Positions 28,705 to 38,052 of a stretch of DNA of 64,000 bases are shown here, one piece after another. The notes under the pieces were generated by a model. It made no database searches, was not told where the DNA came from, and saw only the letters and a program-made list of their open reading frames with translations. The DNA is from a virus. The DNA lies in the IMG/VR virus record IMGVR_UViG_3300038466_000014, one strand, 5' to 3'. Within the stretch, counting starts at the first letter, position 1. Each line of letters opens with the position of its first letter. Position numbers and translations under genes: made by a program.

Positions 28705-28986
28705 ATGCCCGTTGCAATCTATGTGTCCATAGCGATTTTAATGATTATGATTTTTCTCCAAAATAATCCGGAGTTTATTCTGATAATAGTTAGATGGTTA
28801 GTGAAACAACTGTTAAAAGGATTGATATTAGACGGGGCAGATATGGAAGAAGCCATATCCATAGTCAAAGAGAAAACCCCTGGTCTACCACTCGGAAAAT
28901 ATGAACTGGAACTTCTCTATGAGGAGGCTGAGGCGGAAGTAGACGAAGAGTATGGGGACGACGAATACACAGAACCCGAAAAATAA
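28705..28986 (+). CDS. Small membrane protein
   Basis: N-terminal TM segment and acidic tail. Confidence 0.6.
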   Translation: MPVAIYVSIAILMIMIFLQNNPEFILIIVRWLVKQLLKGLILDGADMEEAISIVKEKTPGLPLGKYELELLYEEAEAEVDEEYGDDEYTEPEK

Positions 28987-28999
28987 AGGAGGACGTGCT

Positions 29000-29247
29000 A
29001 TGAGTATTCTGACCGTCAAAAGGGGAGACCTTATTCTGGTTGAAACGGAAGCCGGTCTCGTGTACGGGGTAAAGTGGACGATACACTGATTTCTGACGGG
29101 GTACTTATACTTTCGGGGGAGGCATTACGACTTCCGGGAGATACCCGTAAACCGGAAGAGGTCGTTATCCAAATGGCACAACAACACCCCAAGATCAAAG
29201 TTTTACGAAGCTTCCCGGCACAACTGACCGAAGCTGGAGAGTTGTGA
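29000..29247 (+). pseudogene. Frameshifted small gene
   Basis: AAGGAGG SD, MSILTVKRGDL..VYG, frame change at a G-run, then KVDDTLISDG...EAGEL ending at the terminator. Confidence 0.5.
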
Positions 29248-29293
29248 AATAATAACCCGTGGATAAGTAATCATCCACGGGTTATTATTTTTT
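29248..29293. terminator. Bidirectional terminator
   Basis: AATAATAACCCGTGGAT/ATCCACGGGTTATTATT plus T-run, between convergent genes. Confidence 0.8.
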
Positions 29294-29299
29294 TGATAT

Positions 29300-29632
29300 T
29301 CATGGTATCGTATTACCACGCTCTTCTTTTATCCAATTCTCCCAGCGTCTACCTATCAACGGCATATCATATGCCTCATCGACATATAGCGCAAGCCATT
29401 TAAATGGAGCACATTGACATATATGCGTCCTTATACGCGAACATCCTAAACACGTTTTAAATTCAGCCCATCTATCATCCCATAATCCTTTTGAATATTC
29501 ATAATACGACCCTGTTGGTATTTCATCCAAACACTCACAACAAATATATGGTTTTCGTGATCTTCTTATCGTTTTTGAGAACAAAGCAGGCGCTTCATAA
29601 TCAGAATCACGGCACCCGCGCGAGCAGTCCAT
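29300..29632 (-). CDS. Cys-rich phage protein
   Basis: RKPYICCEC..IPTG..Y..FKTCLGC. Confidence 0.65.
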   Translation of the reverse strand: MDCSRGCRDSDYEAPALFSKTIRRSRKPYICCECLDEIPTGSYYEYSKGLWDDRWAEFKTCLGCSRIRTHICQCAPFKWLALYVDEAYDMPLIGRRWENWIKEERGNTIP

Positions 29633-29638
29633 TTTTCT

Positions 29639-30208
29639 TTATACCCCGATCATCTTATAAAACTCCTGTACTTGTCTGATCTGAAAGAGCGCGTCACCAA
29701 ACGCGGAATGTTTTTGTTCTGTTCTTTTTAAATTTTTAATCTCCGGAATTATTTCAAGCGTCCTTACATCCATGGTTTTCTGCTGACACCAGGGGGGATT
29801 CTCCGTCGTGTTTTTATATGCGTGCTCCAATATTTTAAGATCAAACGATGGTGGTTTAGACCAAAAAATTTGTTCCAAAGACGGATTATCAAGACGAAAC
29901 GCATCGTAACATCTATATGTTTTAGCCCTAAGCATATTCAACGCATAATTTAGAGTTGTATGGTTCTCAGGTTTAAGTGTTTTCTCCATAAGTTCTCTAT
30001 CCTGATTTAACCACCATTTTAATGCGGATGAACTTATACTCCTAAATAACTGAACTGACCAATCAATATACGACTGATAAGCAAAATCCATCAATATTAC
30101 ATTTTTAGTAAAAGGTATCATCGCTATCTCAACAATCACAGCATCATTTTCCAGTCCAAGGGTTTCTATGTCAATCATAAAATTCAAGGTTTCGTTGTCA
30201 TTTGACAT
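29639..30208 (-). CDS. DEDDh 3'-5' exonuclease
   Basis: MIDIETLG, SFDLKIL, DVRT and HSAFGDA. Confidence 0.85.
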   Translation of the reverse strand: MSNDNETLNFMIDIETLGLENDAVIVEIAMIPFTKNVILMDFAYQSYIDWSVQLFRSISSSALKWWLNQDRELMEKTLKPENHTTLNYALNMLRAKTYRCYDAFRLDNPSLEQIFWSKPPSFDLKILEHAYKNTTENPPWCQQKTMDVRTLEIIPEIKNLKRTEQKHSAFGDALFQIRQVQEFYKMIGV

Positions 30209-30959
30209 GTCGTTGTTTCTTTCCGTTTAAAAAGTCATTGTCGTTCATTTCACAGGCGGAATCCAAATATAAATCATTTATGTCTATAAACCCTTCGCCG
30301 TTCTTACACAACGGACAATCGGATTGTTTCCACGTCTGTTTATCTAAATAAATCAGACTATTACAATAATTAAACATTTCCCAGGATTCCGTACACACTG
30401 TAAAAATATCAAGGACATCAAAACCGTGGGAAAATATTAACTTTTTCAACCGATCCTTGGATATAAACATCTCATCCGGTTCTAAAATAACACAAACAGG
30501 AGTTTTAAGAAACCATCCTTTAATACATTCCCTGTTTGTAATCACATTTTGTTCCGGATCATAAATAAGGGCAACGGCCTTTTCCATACCAAGATATCCT
30601 CTTAAATAACCGCTAAATTCATATGCCAATACCACATTTCGTGAAACAACATAATCTATTTTTTTGCCGGGATATTTCATAGAAAATAATATAACAAATC
30701 TATAAATGATCTCACTTAAATACAGTGGGTATTGTAATATCTGACCAATCCTAAATACACAATTTGTATGTTCGCCGTTCGGCAGTTGTATATGTTCGTT
30801 TATAAAAGGTTTGGATTTCTCGATAATATCCGGTAGGATTTTAAAATGAGGTTCTAATCTAAAAAAATACTTTAAATGATTAGAAGATTGATTTGGGGGT
30901 TTCAATATTCCCTCCGGATATGTCATATTGTCATATAACCTTTCCGAGTCAATATCCAC
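30198..30959 (-). CDS. Degenerate orotate phosphoribosyltransferase (PyrE)-like protein
   Basis: HIQLPNGEHT..QILQYP, LAYE and terminal DCPLCKNG match PyrE architecture; the PRPP motif is degenerate. Confidence 0.55.
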   Translation of the reverse strand: MDIDSERLYDNMTYPEGILKPPNQSSNHLKYFFRLEPHFKILPDIIEKSKPFINEHIQLPNGEHTNCVFRIGQILQYPLYLSEIIYRFVILFSMKYPGKKIDYVVSRNVVLAYEFSGYLRGYLGMEKAVALIYDPEQNVITNRECIKGWFLKTPVCVILEPDEMFISKDRLKKLIFSHGFDVLDIFTVCTESWEMFNYCNSLIYLDKQTWKQSDCPLCKNGEGFIDINDLYLDSACEMNDNDFLNGKKQRHVK

Positions 30960-31132
30960 CGGCCACGATTTTCAATCAACCCCGCCCGCGCCCAGCGGCG
31001 CAACGTTGATATCGAAGCATTCTCAACCTGAGACAGTCGAAGTGTTTGTCCAGGCAAGATAGAAACATAGAGACCACCGTCTGTCTCGTTCATGTTTCTG
31101 GTAACTTTATACAATTTGGAACTTATTCGCAT
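30923..31132 (-). CDS. Small possible winged-HTH protein
   Basis: STLRRWARAGLIE..W.LTRKG. Confidence 0.45.
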   Translation of the reverse strand: MRISSKLYKVTRNMNETDGGLYVSILPGQTLRLSQVENASISTLRRWARAGLIENRGRWILTRKGYMTI

Positions 31133-31159
31133 TAAAAATTTCCTTAAAAATAATTAGGG

Positions 31160-31241
31160 TTGATGTGGATTATATTATAACGGGCAGTTTAACGACATGC
31201 CCGCAAGGTCGTCCCATAGTTGTTAAGCCTGATCTTCCACC
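31160..31241 (-). ncRNA. Candidate structured leader RNA
   Basis: GC-rich intergenic stretch right after motif B, with GTGGA/TCCAC and CGGGCA/TGCCCG stems and pseudoknot potential. Confidence 0.4.
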
Positions 31242-31246
31242 TTATT

Positions 31247-31260
31247 ATTTAATATATATA
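31247..31260 (-). promoter_or_regulatory. Motif B
   Basis: Exact copy. Confidence 0.55.
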
Positions 31261-31283
31261 GTAATCATATACTTTTTATTATG

Positions 31284-31721
31284 TCACAATCTAATGGCTG
31301 TAATATCCGGATCTATATTGTCAATTATATCTGTCACTACATTCCAATCCCCGCCGCCCAGAGCACACCCCATCAGATACGGAATATATATATTAAATTC
31401 CGGGTAATTTTCATTGCGGTATTCTGTGACATTTAATATGCATTTTCTTACAGCGTCATAATCTGTATACTGTTTATCGGTTCCATATCTAAACTGTCCG
31501 CACAAATTAGCGACTATTAAATCATTATTTATTTTCGAATATATTACTTCTCCCAATTGTAGTTTTCCGTTATCGAACGCGCGTATGTAATCTCTGTACG
31601 CCAGCGGATATTTCTTACGCAGAGCCAGCGCCAACCCAGCACCCATTGCCCCGAGGCAATTTACCTGATGACAAATAATACCCTTTTCGATTCTTAAAAG
31701 ATTACCTTGAATTATTTTCAT
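31284..31721 (-). CDS. Macro-domain (ADP-ribose processing) protein
   Basis: ICHQVNCLGAMGAGLA and PYLMGCALGGGDW. Confidence 0.9.
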   Translation of the reverse strand: MKIIQGNLLRIEKGIICHQVNCLGAMGAGLALALRKKYPLAYRDYIRAFDNGKLQLGEVIYSKINNDLIVANLCGQFRYGTDKQYTDYDAVRKCILNVTEYRNENYPEFNIYIPYLMGCALGGGDWNVVTDIIDNIDPDITAIRL

Positions 31722-32239
31722 TTCTTCTCCGTATTTATTAACCGTTGTCTGTATTCTTTTGCTTTGTTTATATCAGAGTCCGTGTGTACAGAACCTCCAG
31801 TGTTCATAGCTATATACCAATCTACAACTTCAAGTTCTGTTTTCAATTTAGCAACATAAAAAGACAATGAATAATCTAACGGTATATTATCCGCATATTC
31901 ATTAAAATAACATCCAAATACTTTTAATTTGTTATTAAAGAAATCGTCTATCGCAGAGAGTCTTTGTTTCCCATCGACCAAAACCATTCGTCCTTTAAAA
32001 TCTCTCATCCATCCTGGATGGTTAAAGTATATGTTTAATCCAGATCGCCCACCACGAAGAATCCATTCCATATATGCTGTTTTCTGAAACTCTGACCAAA
32101 CATATCCTCTTTGAAATTCCGGATTAAAATCAAGATCGTGATCTTTTATATAAATGTCTATATTTCTTTTTATTAAAGATAATGGTACATCTATATGATA
32201 TGTTAATATAGGTAGTCTTGGTATGTCATTAAATAACAT
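31718..32239 (-). CDS. Stand-alone DUF262 (ParB-like) protein
   Basis: PEFQRGYVW and VDGKQRL. Confidence 0.8.
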   Translation of the reverse strand: MLFNDIPRLPILTYHIDVPLSLIKRNIDIYIKDHDLDFNPEFQRGYVWSEFQKTAYMEWILRGGRSGLNIYFNHPGWMRDFKGRMVLVDGKQRLSAIDDFFNNKLKVFGCYFNEYADNIPLDYSLSFYVAKLKTELEVVDWYIAMNTGGSVHTDSDINKAKEYRQRLINTEKK

Positions 32240-32246
32240 AAGATGA

Positions 32247-33014
32247 TTACCTTTCCAGGTTCGCGGCTTCCAAATATATATCTTTTATTTTTTGTAATTT
32301 CGAAATATAATTCTTGAAGTTGCTTATTGTCGAAAACCGCTCATATAAAGGTAAATTAATAATCGGATGGTGTATTCTGATCGACAGAAAATTATCCATT
32401 CCTTCAAGCCCTGAAAGATTAATGGAATAATCTTTGTATTCATTTCTAAATTTATAATTATAATCTTTCAACGGAATAAACTCTTTAATATCATACATAT
32501 CTATGGATTTTTTCATAGCGTCCATTATATGCAGAACCGTTCCGAAATCAGTATATCCATAGTTACGCCCTGGATACATACCAGAGGAGAAAATATCTTC
32601 TACGTCCACAAACACCCCGCACTTCTTTACTTTTGGATCATTAAAATCTAAAACATACATATAATTGTTAACAATAATCTCATAATAATTCATATTATTA
32701 TTAGTTAAATATCTAATATGTTCAGGATCATTATTAACACTGTCTTCTAAGATACTCGGATCTATAAGACAGATTTTCTCGAATTTCAATCCATATACAT
32801 CCTTATCTTTATGAGAATTCGTTAGAATATATTCCCTAACCTTCGGGCATGTGTTAAAAACAAATGCCCTTTCTTGGGATATAAATTCTGTTTCAGTTTT
32901 ATGGCAATAATCATAATCTCTAGATAGTTTTGGAAATGTGGTTTGATGATACTCACATTTATGACACAACTCATTCATAAATCTATGTAGTTTCTCTTCT
33001 CCGAAAATTTCCAT
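32247..33014 (-). CDS. Hypothetical protein
   Basis: 255 aa. Confidence 0.65.
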   Translation of the reverse strand: MEIFGEEKLHRFMNELCHKCEYHQTTFPKLSRDYDYCHKTETEFISQERAFVFNTCPKVREYILTNSHKDKDVYGLKFEKICLIDPSILEDSVNNDPEHIRYLTNNNMNYYEIIVNNYMYVLDFNDPKVKKCGVFVDVEDIFSSGMYPGRNYGYTDFGTVLHIMDAMKKSIDMYDIKEFIPLKDYNYKFRNEYKDYSINLSGLEGMDNFLSIRIHHPIINLPLYERFSTISNFKNYISKLQKIKDIYLEAANLER

Positions 33015-33143
33015 TATTTATCTCCAGTAAAAATAAAGTTTTCGATTAATGATTCTGTAAACCGAATCATATGATTAAATATTTCATTGAACGGTATTAG
33101 CATTTTTTTATATTCGTTCCTCCCTCCATATTTTCTCCTATAT

Positions 33144-33620
33144 TTACTTAAACCTTTTACCAAATTTATAGCTTTCAAGGTCGCTTTCTTTTCGTCTCAT
33201 CTGATTCTCATGCTGACGTAACATATATTTGGCTTCTTTTTTGAAATGTCCATAATGAAATACCAATCTCTTTAATAGATTGTACTCCTCTATATTTAAT
33301 TCGCGGCGATTAAATTCGCTCATCTTATATAAAAAGTATTCGATCTCGGTATGACCAATTCTCGGATAAACAAACTGATAGGATCCGTATTTCGTTTCAA
33401 TCCAACATTTTTTGGTATTCCTATTGTAATAATATCCACATCTGTTAAACACAGGATCTATTTCTATCATATAATTATTTCTCAATTCTCCCTCTATATA
33501 TTCAAACGCTTCTTCGTTAAACTCTTCTTTATATCCTTCCGGTATATCATCGTTATTTAAGAAATAAAAATGTGTATCTAATGATAAAACATATATCTTA
33601 TCTCTTTTTTGCTTTTTCAT
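33144..33620 (-). CDS. Hypothetical protein
   Basis: 158 aa. Confidence 0.6.
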   Translation of the reverse strand: MKKQKRDKIYVLSLDTHFYFLNNDDIPEGYKEEFNEEAFEYIEGELRNNYMIEIDPVFNRCGYYYNRNTKKCWIETKYGSYQFVYPRIGHTEIEYFLYKMSEFNRRELNIEEYNLLKRLVFHYGHFKKEAKYMLRQHENQMRRKESDLESYKFGKRFK

Positions 33621-33897
33621 ACATATCCCACATTTTATTGAAAAGCGATTTTAAAATATTTGGCGCATAAAAATCATAAATATAATGTATCCATGGACCA
33701 TACGTATATAATAATTTAGAAAACAATGATTTGTTAATCTCTGCTTCTATTTTATCCACCAATATCTGCACCTCTCTCATAAATTCTGCTGATGGTACGA
33801 CGCAATCCTCTTCAGTTACCATTTTATCCAGAACGGTTGCCACATCAACATCATCCAAAGAACTGAATTTTTTATCTAAAACGACCAATGACTCCAT
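33598..33897 (-). CDS. Hypothetical protein
   Basis: 99 aa. Confidence 0.55.
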   Translation of the reverse strand: MESLVVLDKKFSSLDDVDVATVLDKMVTEEDCVVPSAEFMREVQILVDKIEAEINKSLFSKLLYTYGPWIHYIYDFYAPNILKSLFNKMWDMYEKAKKR

Positions 33898-34139
33898 TAA
33901 ATTAATATCACATCCACTTATATTTTTAACATAATGCCTCTTTTTTATAATGGTTCTCTGGTTATAACTATATGAGACTCCAAATCATTTAACAAGTATC
34001 CATAATCCTCAATGAATCCAGATATCTCCGATAGAACATCAATCAAACATTCTTCTACTACAATGTTATTTTTATCCATCACCGATACCCGATACAAATA
34101 GTCCAACACACGCATAGTATCTTCCCTTATATTCGAAAG

Positions 34140-35072
34140 CTATTCGTACTTTTTAATGAGTTGTTTCAAATCAGTTAATATGGAAACCGGTTTATCGTTT
34201 CTAAAAAGATCGTATAAAGAACCAAATTTCATTTTCAAACATTTTAATAACAATTCTTTTATTTCTTTTTCCCTCGGTCCGTATGGTAATTTTGTTTTAC
34301 TATATAACTCTTCCAAATGTTTTTCTTTCGAATCAAAATATTCACATAGTTGAGCGGGAGTCCATTCTCCGTTTCGTATGGATTTTAATTGTTCGTTGTT
34401 TTTCTCAAGATCCAAATCACCAGTAGATAGGATTTGCTCACACTCACTTAACAGTCTTACCAAATTATACCCGAATTTGGTATCAAATCCATATTTATCA
34501 ATAATATCACGTCTTTTACCTATTGGATTTTTAGTAAGCATTTTTGCCTTCTGGCTATATGCATATCCTTTAAATTTATAATAAGAACCGGCATGTAAAA
34601 ACATATGTCGGTTTTCACGTACCATCTTACCTATATCTGTACATTCAAGTATACATCTTTCCGGAACAAACAATGAATCTATCATATTCGGATTGTTATC
34701 TCTTATTAGTCTAAAATATTTGATTATATTATAAATATCCATATCATATTCTTTATTATCATATTTTATATGGTGTTGTTGCCAATTTTCAAATTTTTCA
34801 TAATTGTCATCAAATCCATGCAATACTCCATTCATATGCGGAAAAACAACCTCCATCTTAGGAATGCAAAATCCGTACACGTCAACGTCAGAACTATCTC
34901 CGGAAACACCATAAGCAAAAGATCCCATGATAACCAGATATTCTGTAGCCAAACAATATTCAGGACAATTAATCACTTTTTGTTCATAAAGTTTATTCAA
35001 TAATGTCATGCTTATTCCAGTTCTCATAAGGAATGAAAAATCCTTTTTTAGATATTTCAATCCATTTTTCAA
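34140..35072 (-). CDS. Pol-beta-superfamily nucleotidyltransferase (YcgL/RlaP-like)
   Basis: GSFAYG..SDVDVYG, NNPNMID, FKGYAYSQ and IRNGE. True start may be MTLL at 35009. Confidence 0.85.
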   Translation of the reverse strand: MKNGLKYLKKDFSFLMRTGISMTLLNKLYEQKVINCPEYCLATEYLVIMGSFAYGVSGDSSDVDVYGFCIPKMEVVFPHMNGVLHGFDDNYEKFENWQQHHIKYDNKEYDMDIYNIIKYFRLIRDNNPNMIDSLFVPERCILECTDIGKMVRENRHMFLHAGSYYKFKGYAYSQKAKMLTKNPIGKRRDIIDKYGFDTKFGYNLVRLLSECEQILSTGDLDLEKNNEQLKSIRNGEWTPAQLCEYFDSKEKHLEELYSKTKLPYGPREKEIKELLLKCLKMKFGSLYDLFRNDKPVSILTDLKQLIKKYE

Positions 35073-35469
35073 TATATAATTCTTTGCACGTGATAGGCAG
35101 TTTTCTAAATCTTGATTTATTTCTTTTCAAAATCTCTTTATATTCGTTCTGCGGTTTGTAGTTTTTGTTGTCTGAATCTATAGTTACCCATAATTTAGAT
35201 TTTGTCTCGATCGTTTTCTTTACATATAGTTTTCCATTTTCATCAACACCTGTAGAACAACAACTATCGCCATTATTTCTAAGAATAGATTCGTATTCTT
35301 CATATGATATAAAAATTGATTTATCAATAAAATAATGTCTTGGATACTTTTCTAACCATATACTCGTAAAACTTTTTTTATTGGTAAAATAAGAGTCATA
35401 TTCCTCCTGAATGTTTAAATCTATATCAATCGGATATGAAAACCAGTTTATAATTCCAATATACCGCAT
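34993..35469 (-). CDS. Hypothetical protein
   Basis: 158 aa. Confidence 0.55.
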   Translation of the reverse strand: MRYIGIINWFSYPIDIDLNIQEEYDSYFTNKKSFTSIWLEKYPRHYFIDKSIFISYEEYESILRNNGDSCCSTGVDENGKLYVKKTIETKSKLWVTIDSDNKNYKPQNEYKEILKRNKSRFRKLPITCKELYIEKWIEISKKGFFIPYENWNKHDIIE

Positions 35470-35505
35470 TACAAAAGATCCGTAATACTCTGAATTTATT
35501 TTTAG

Positions 35506-35874
35506 TTATACACATTTTTCTTTTGTTCTAAGTATTTGGACTATGTGTATATCTTCATCGATATCAGGCCAGCATATTCTCTCATTTCCAATTATTCTAT
35601 ACGAAGTCAACTCTTGATCTGTCGCGTTTTCCAGCTTTTTGTATCCATCTCTTCTAAACGCCAATACAGACCCGTTTTCAAAATACACATATATCATTGT
35701 ATCATCAAACAATATCTTTATAACATCACATACCATTGTTATCGTTTCTAAATACTGGCGTTGTTCTGTATTTATTTCTATTATATTTTTCATCTCGATA
35801 CAAATCCTTATATATGCATATACATTATATATGCATAAAATGAACATAATTATACTGGTTGCATACTCGGGCAT
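35506..35874 (-). CDS. DUF2442-like protein with hydrophobic N-terminus
   Basis: LENATDQEL..YRIIG..ICWPDIDEDI. Confidence 0.6.
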   Translation of the reverse strand: MPEYATSIIMFILCIYNVYAYIRICIEMKNIIEINTEQRQYLETITMVCDVIKILFDDTMIYVYFENGSVLAFRRDGYKKLENATDQELTSYRIIGNERICWPDIDEDIHIVQILRTKEKCV

Positions 35875-35875
35875 T

Positions 35876-36389
35876 TTATACGCCTTTCAAATTAATATTT
35901 CTCGTCCTACAAAACGTCATAAGAGCCAACATACTACTATCTAACGGATCATACACATTCAAATCATTTATACCACCATTGTTCTGGTTGTACCCGCTAA
36001 AAGGATTCGAACCGCATGCGTACATCATCGATCCAACGTCTATAAAAGGAAATGGTGCCTCATTATTTCCTATAAATCCTCCACGTACCAGTTTTTCAAA
36101 CATTGAAGTTTCCACGGGAAACGGACATAAACCAATCACAGTCACATCTTTTTTTTACTTAAGTAATATCTGGAAAAATCGAAAAGCATGTTCTGTATCG
36201 TTCGTTCTCTCCCAATTTACCGAAATAGGGACAATATTTTCTTTTGCCCACGGACTTCGAATTTCGTCGGTTCCGCAAAAGAACCGTTTCTTTTCGACTA
36301 ATACATTATCTTTTAACATAAGCACATCCTATAGCAAATACGGGTCCAAATACGTTATCCGATTCCACCGCCACAGATAGTATATCCAT
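35876..36389 (-). pseudogene. Disrupted exonuclease-like gene
   Basis: MDILSVAVESDNVFGPVFAIG, frameshift at an A-run, WAKENIVP, in-frame TAA, then PVE..PFPFIDVGS. Confidence 0.5.
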
Positions 36390-36463
36390 AATACCCCTTC
36401 AGTTTATTACCGTGTTCGTAATTTGGATTCGGTATATATGAAAAATTTTCCTTAATTATCCAA

Positions 36464-36955
36464 TTATTTCAAAATTGGCTTTCCAATTATAACCATATTT
36501 TTACCTTTAATATCCAAATTAGTTGTAAACACTTTAAACCCTTCTTTTTCAGAAAGGCGGACTAAATGATTGACCCATCTACCAAATGCATCTTTTTGAC
36601 AAACCATTTTATCAAACGGATACATATTAGGAAGGACACAACAAGGAACTATCATAAACGGAAGTCGCCTTCTCTTTGCTTCATAAATTATTAGATCTGT
36701 AGCCTCATCCGGATGCATTCCAACTAATAAGTCGAAATTGGTTTTTATATCCGAATTAAAAAATCTCTTTCTAAACTCTATTCCTTTTTTTCGTTGTTTA
36801 CGATTACGCTTATCAAACGTAACCGATTTTATATCGTATTTAGCCAATTCAGCACTAAGATGTCCTTTACCTCCGGCTATGTCCGCAACCAACCGGACAT
36901 TCGGAAACCATTGTCGAATAAGATACGCAAATTTTCTAAATCTGGAGGCGTCCAT
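36464..36955 (-). CDS. SAM-dependent methyltransferase-like protein
   Basis: ADIAGGKGHLS, GMHPDEAT and VPCC. Confidence 0.75.
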   Translation of the reverse strand: MDASRFRKFAYLIRQWFPNVRLVADIAGGKGHLSAELAKYDIKSVTFDKRNRKQRKKGIEFRKRFFNSDIKTNFDLLVGMHPDEATDLIIYEAKRRRLPFMIVPCCVLPNMYPFDKMVCQKDAFGRWVNHLVRLSEKEGFKVFTTNLDIKGKNMVIIGKPILK

Positions 36956-37146
36956 TAAGATTGCGTGGATATATTATTACATGTCATTTGTCTGCCAGTA
37001 GGTCCTATAATCGCGCATCTGTATATATATGCTTTTACTCTCGGATCGTTTTTATTTGTAATTATCGTATTACAATAAACGCATCCAACGCAAGAGGATT
37101 CATCGTTTTTAGCCGCCCTCCATTTTAACTCGTCTCTTTTGCGCAT
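36955..37146 (-). CDS. Small Cys-rich protein
   Basis: 63 aa. Confidence 0.5.
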   Translation of the reverse strand: MRKRDELKWRAAKNDESSCVGCVYCNTIITNKNDPRVKAYIYRCAIIGPTGRQMTCNNISTQS

Positions 37147-37162
37147 TTATTTCTCCGTCGGA

Positions 37163-37429
37163 CTATGAAACGACACGCTCCGTCCAGGAATACGGTTCGG
37201 GATCTTCGTCTGGCATCGGCCACCAGACACGGACCCTCTCCCGTCTCACCAGTTTCATTCCACAATTCTTCGGATAGTTGTTATCATCGACAATAATTCC
37301 TATACCAAACTTCTGATTGGATTTATCATCATCCATATACTCGAACAACACTTCCTTATTCGGAGCGGTTTTCGGATCATTACCTTGTCCATAAAGCGGT
37401 AGTATCTGCATGTAGTCGGATGAATGCAC
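37163..37429 (-). CDS. Hypothetical protein
   Basis: 88 aa with GGAG SD. Confidence 0.5.
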   Translation of the reverse strand: MHSSDYMQILPLYGQGNDPKTAPNKEVLFEYMDDDKSNQKFGIGIIVDDNNYPKNCGMKLVRRERVRVWWPMPDEDPEPYSWTERVVS

Positions 37430-37860
37430 ACATAACTCCTTGGATAATTTAGTCGTCCTTCAGGAACCCACCCTCCGGAAATAATTTTATCATACATAAC
37501 TTCAGGACATAATTCTTTTCTTTTGTCTGGTGATAAACAAATCTTTAGATCGTCAAAAAGAGAATTAAACGCCTTTCTTAAATCGGTAGTATTTATTGAT
37601 GCTTTTAAATATGTAGAAAACATTCTATCGAACACTTCTACATTTCCGTTTTTATCATATGATACGTTAAGCTCGCTACTGAATAATCCTCCGAATTTAT
37701 AAAACTTTGTTCCTGGCGGCGGTTGTAAATTATCTTTTAATATTTTAAAATATATCATTAAATAATGTTTACCGTCAGTTTTCATTTTAACGGTGTTAGA
37801 TACTATCTTATGTCCTTTTTCCCAATCTTCTTGAGACATTGAAAGAATCCTATTTTCCAC
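37300..37860 (-). CDS. Hypothetical protein
   Basis: 186 aa after a motif B variant; overlaps the next gene. Confidence 0.55.
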   Translation of the reverse strand: MENRILSMSQEDWEKGHKIVSNTVKMKTDGKHYLMIYFKILKDNLQPPPGTKFYKFGGLFSSELNVSYDKNGNVEVFDRMFSTYLKASINTTDLRKAFNSLFDDLKICLSPDKRKELCPEVMYDKIISGGWVPEGRLNYPRSYVCIHPTTCRYYRFMDKVMIRKPLRIRKCCSSIWMMINPIRSLV

Positions 37861-37930
37861 CTGTTTTCTCTGTGATTATAATATATAATACAAATTACCA
37901 TAAGAAACAGGATTCCCAATAATCCCATGA

Positions 37931-38007
37931 AAAACTTTCTATTATGTAGATGGGTAGAACCCCCAGAGTTAATTCCGGTATTCTATCCATCTACATTGAC
38001 AAGTTTT
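37931..38007. repeat. Long intergenic inverted repeat
   Basis: ATGTAGATGGGTAGAA (37944-59) / TTCTATCCATCTACAT (37981-96) with outer AAAACTT/AAGTTTT. Confidence 0.7.
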
Positions 38008-38052
38008 GGTTTCAGCTTCGCCTATACAATGAAAATCTATGAGTAAATTTTC

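Noticed and set aside
31160-31241. Assignment to purine riboswitch, twister or pistol ribozyme
   Set aside because: Only partial word matches; required core nucleotides and pairings are missing.
31385-31398. Motif B copy inside the macro-domain gene
   Set aside because: Antisense within coding sequence (FNIYI); probably chance.
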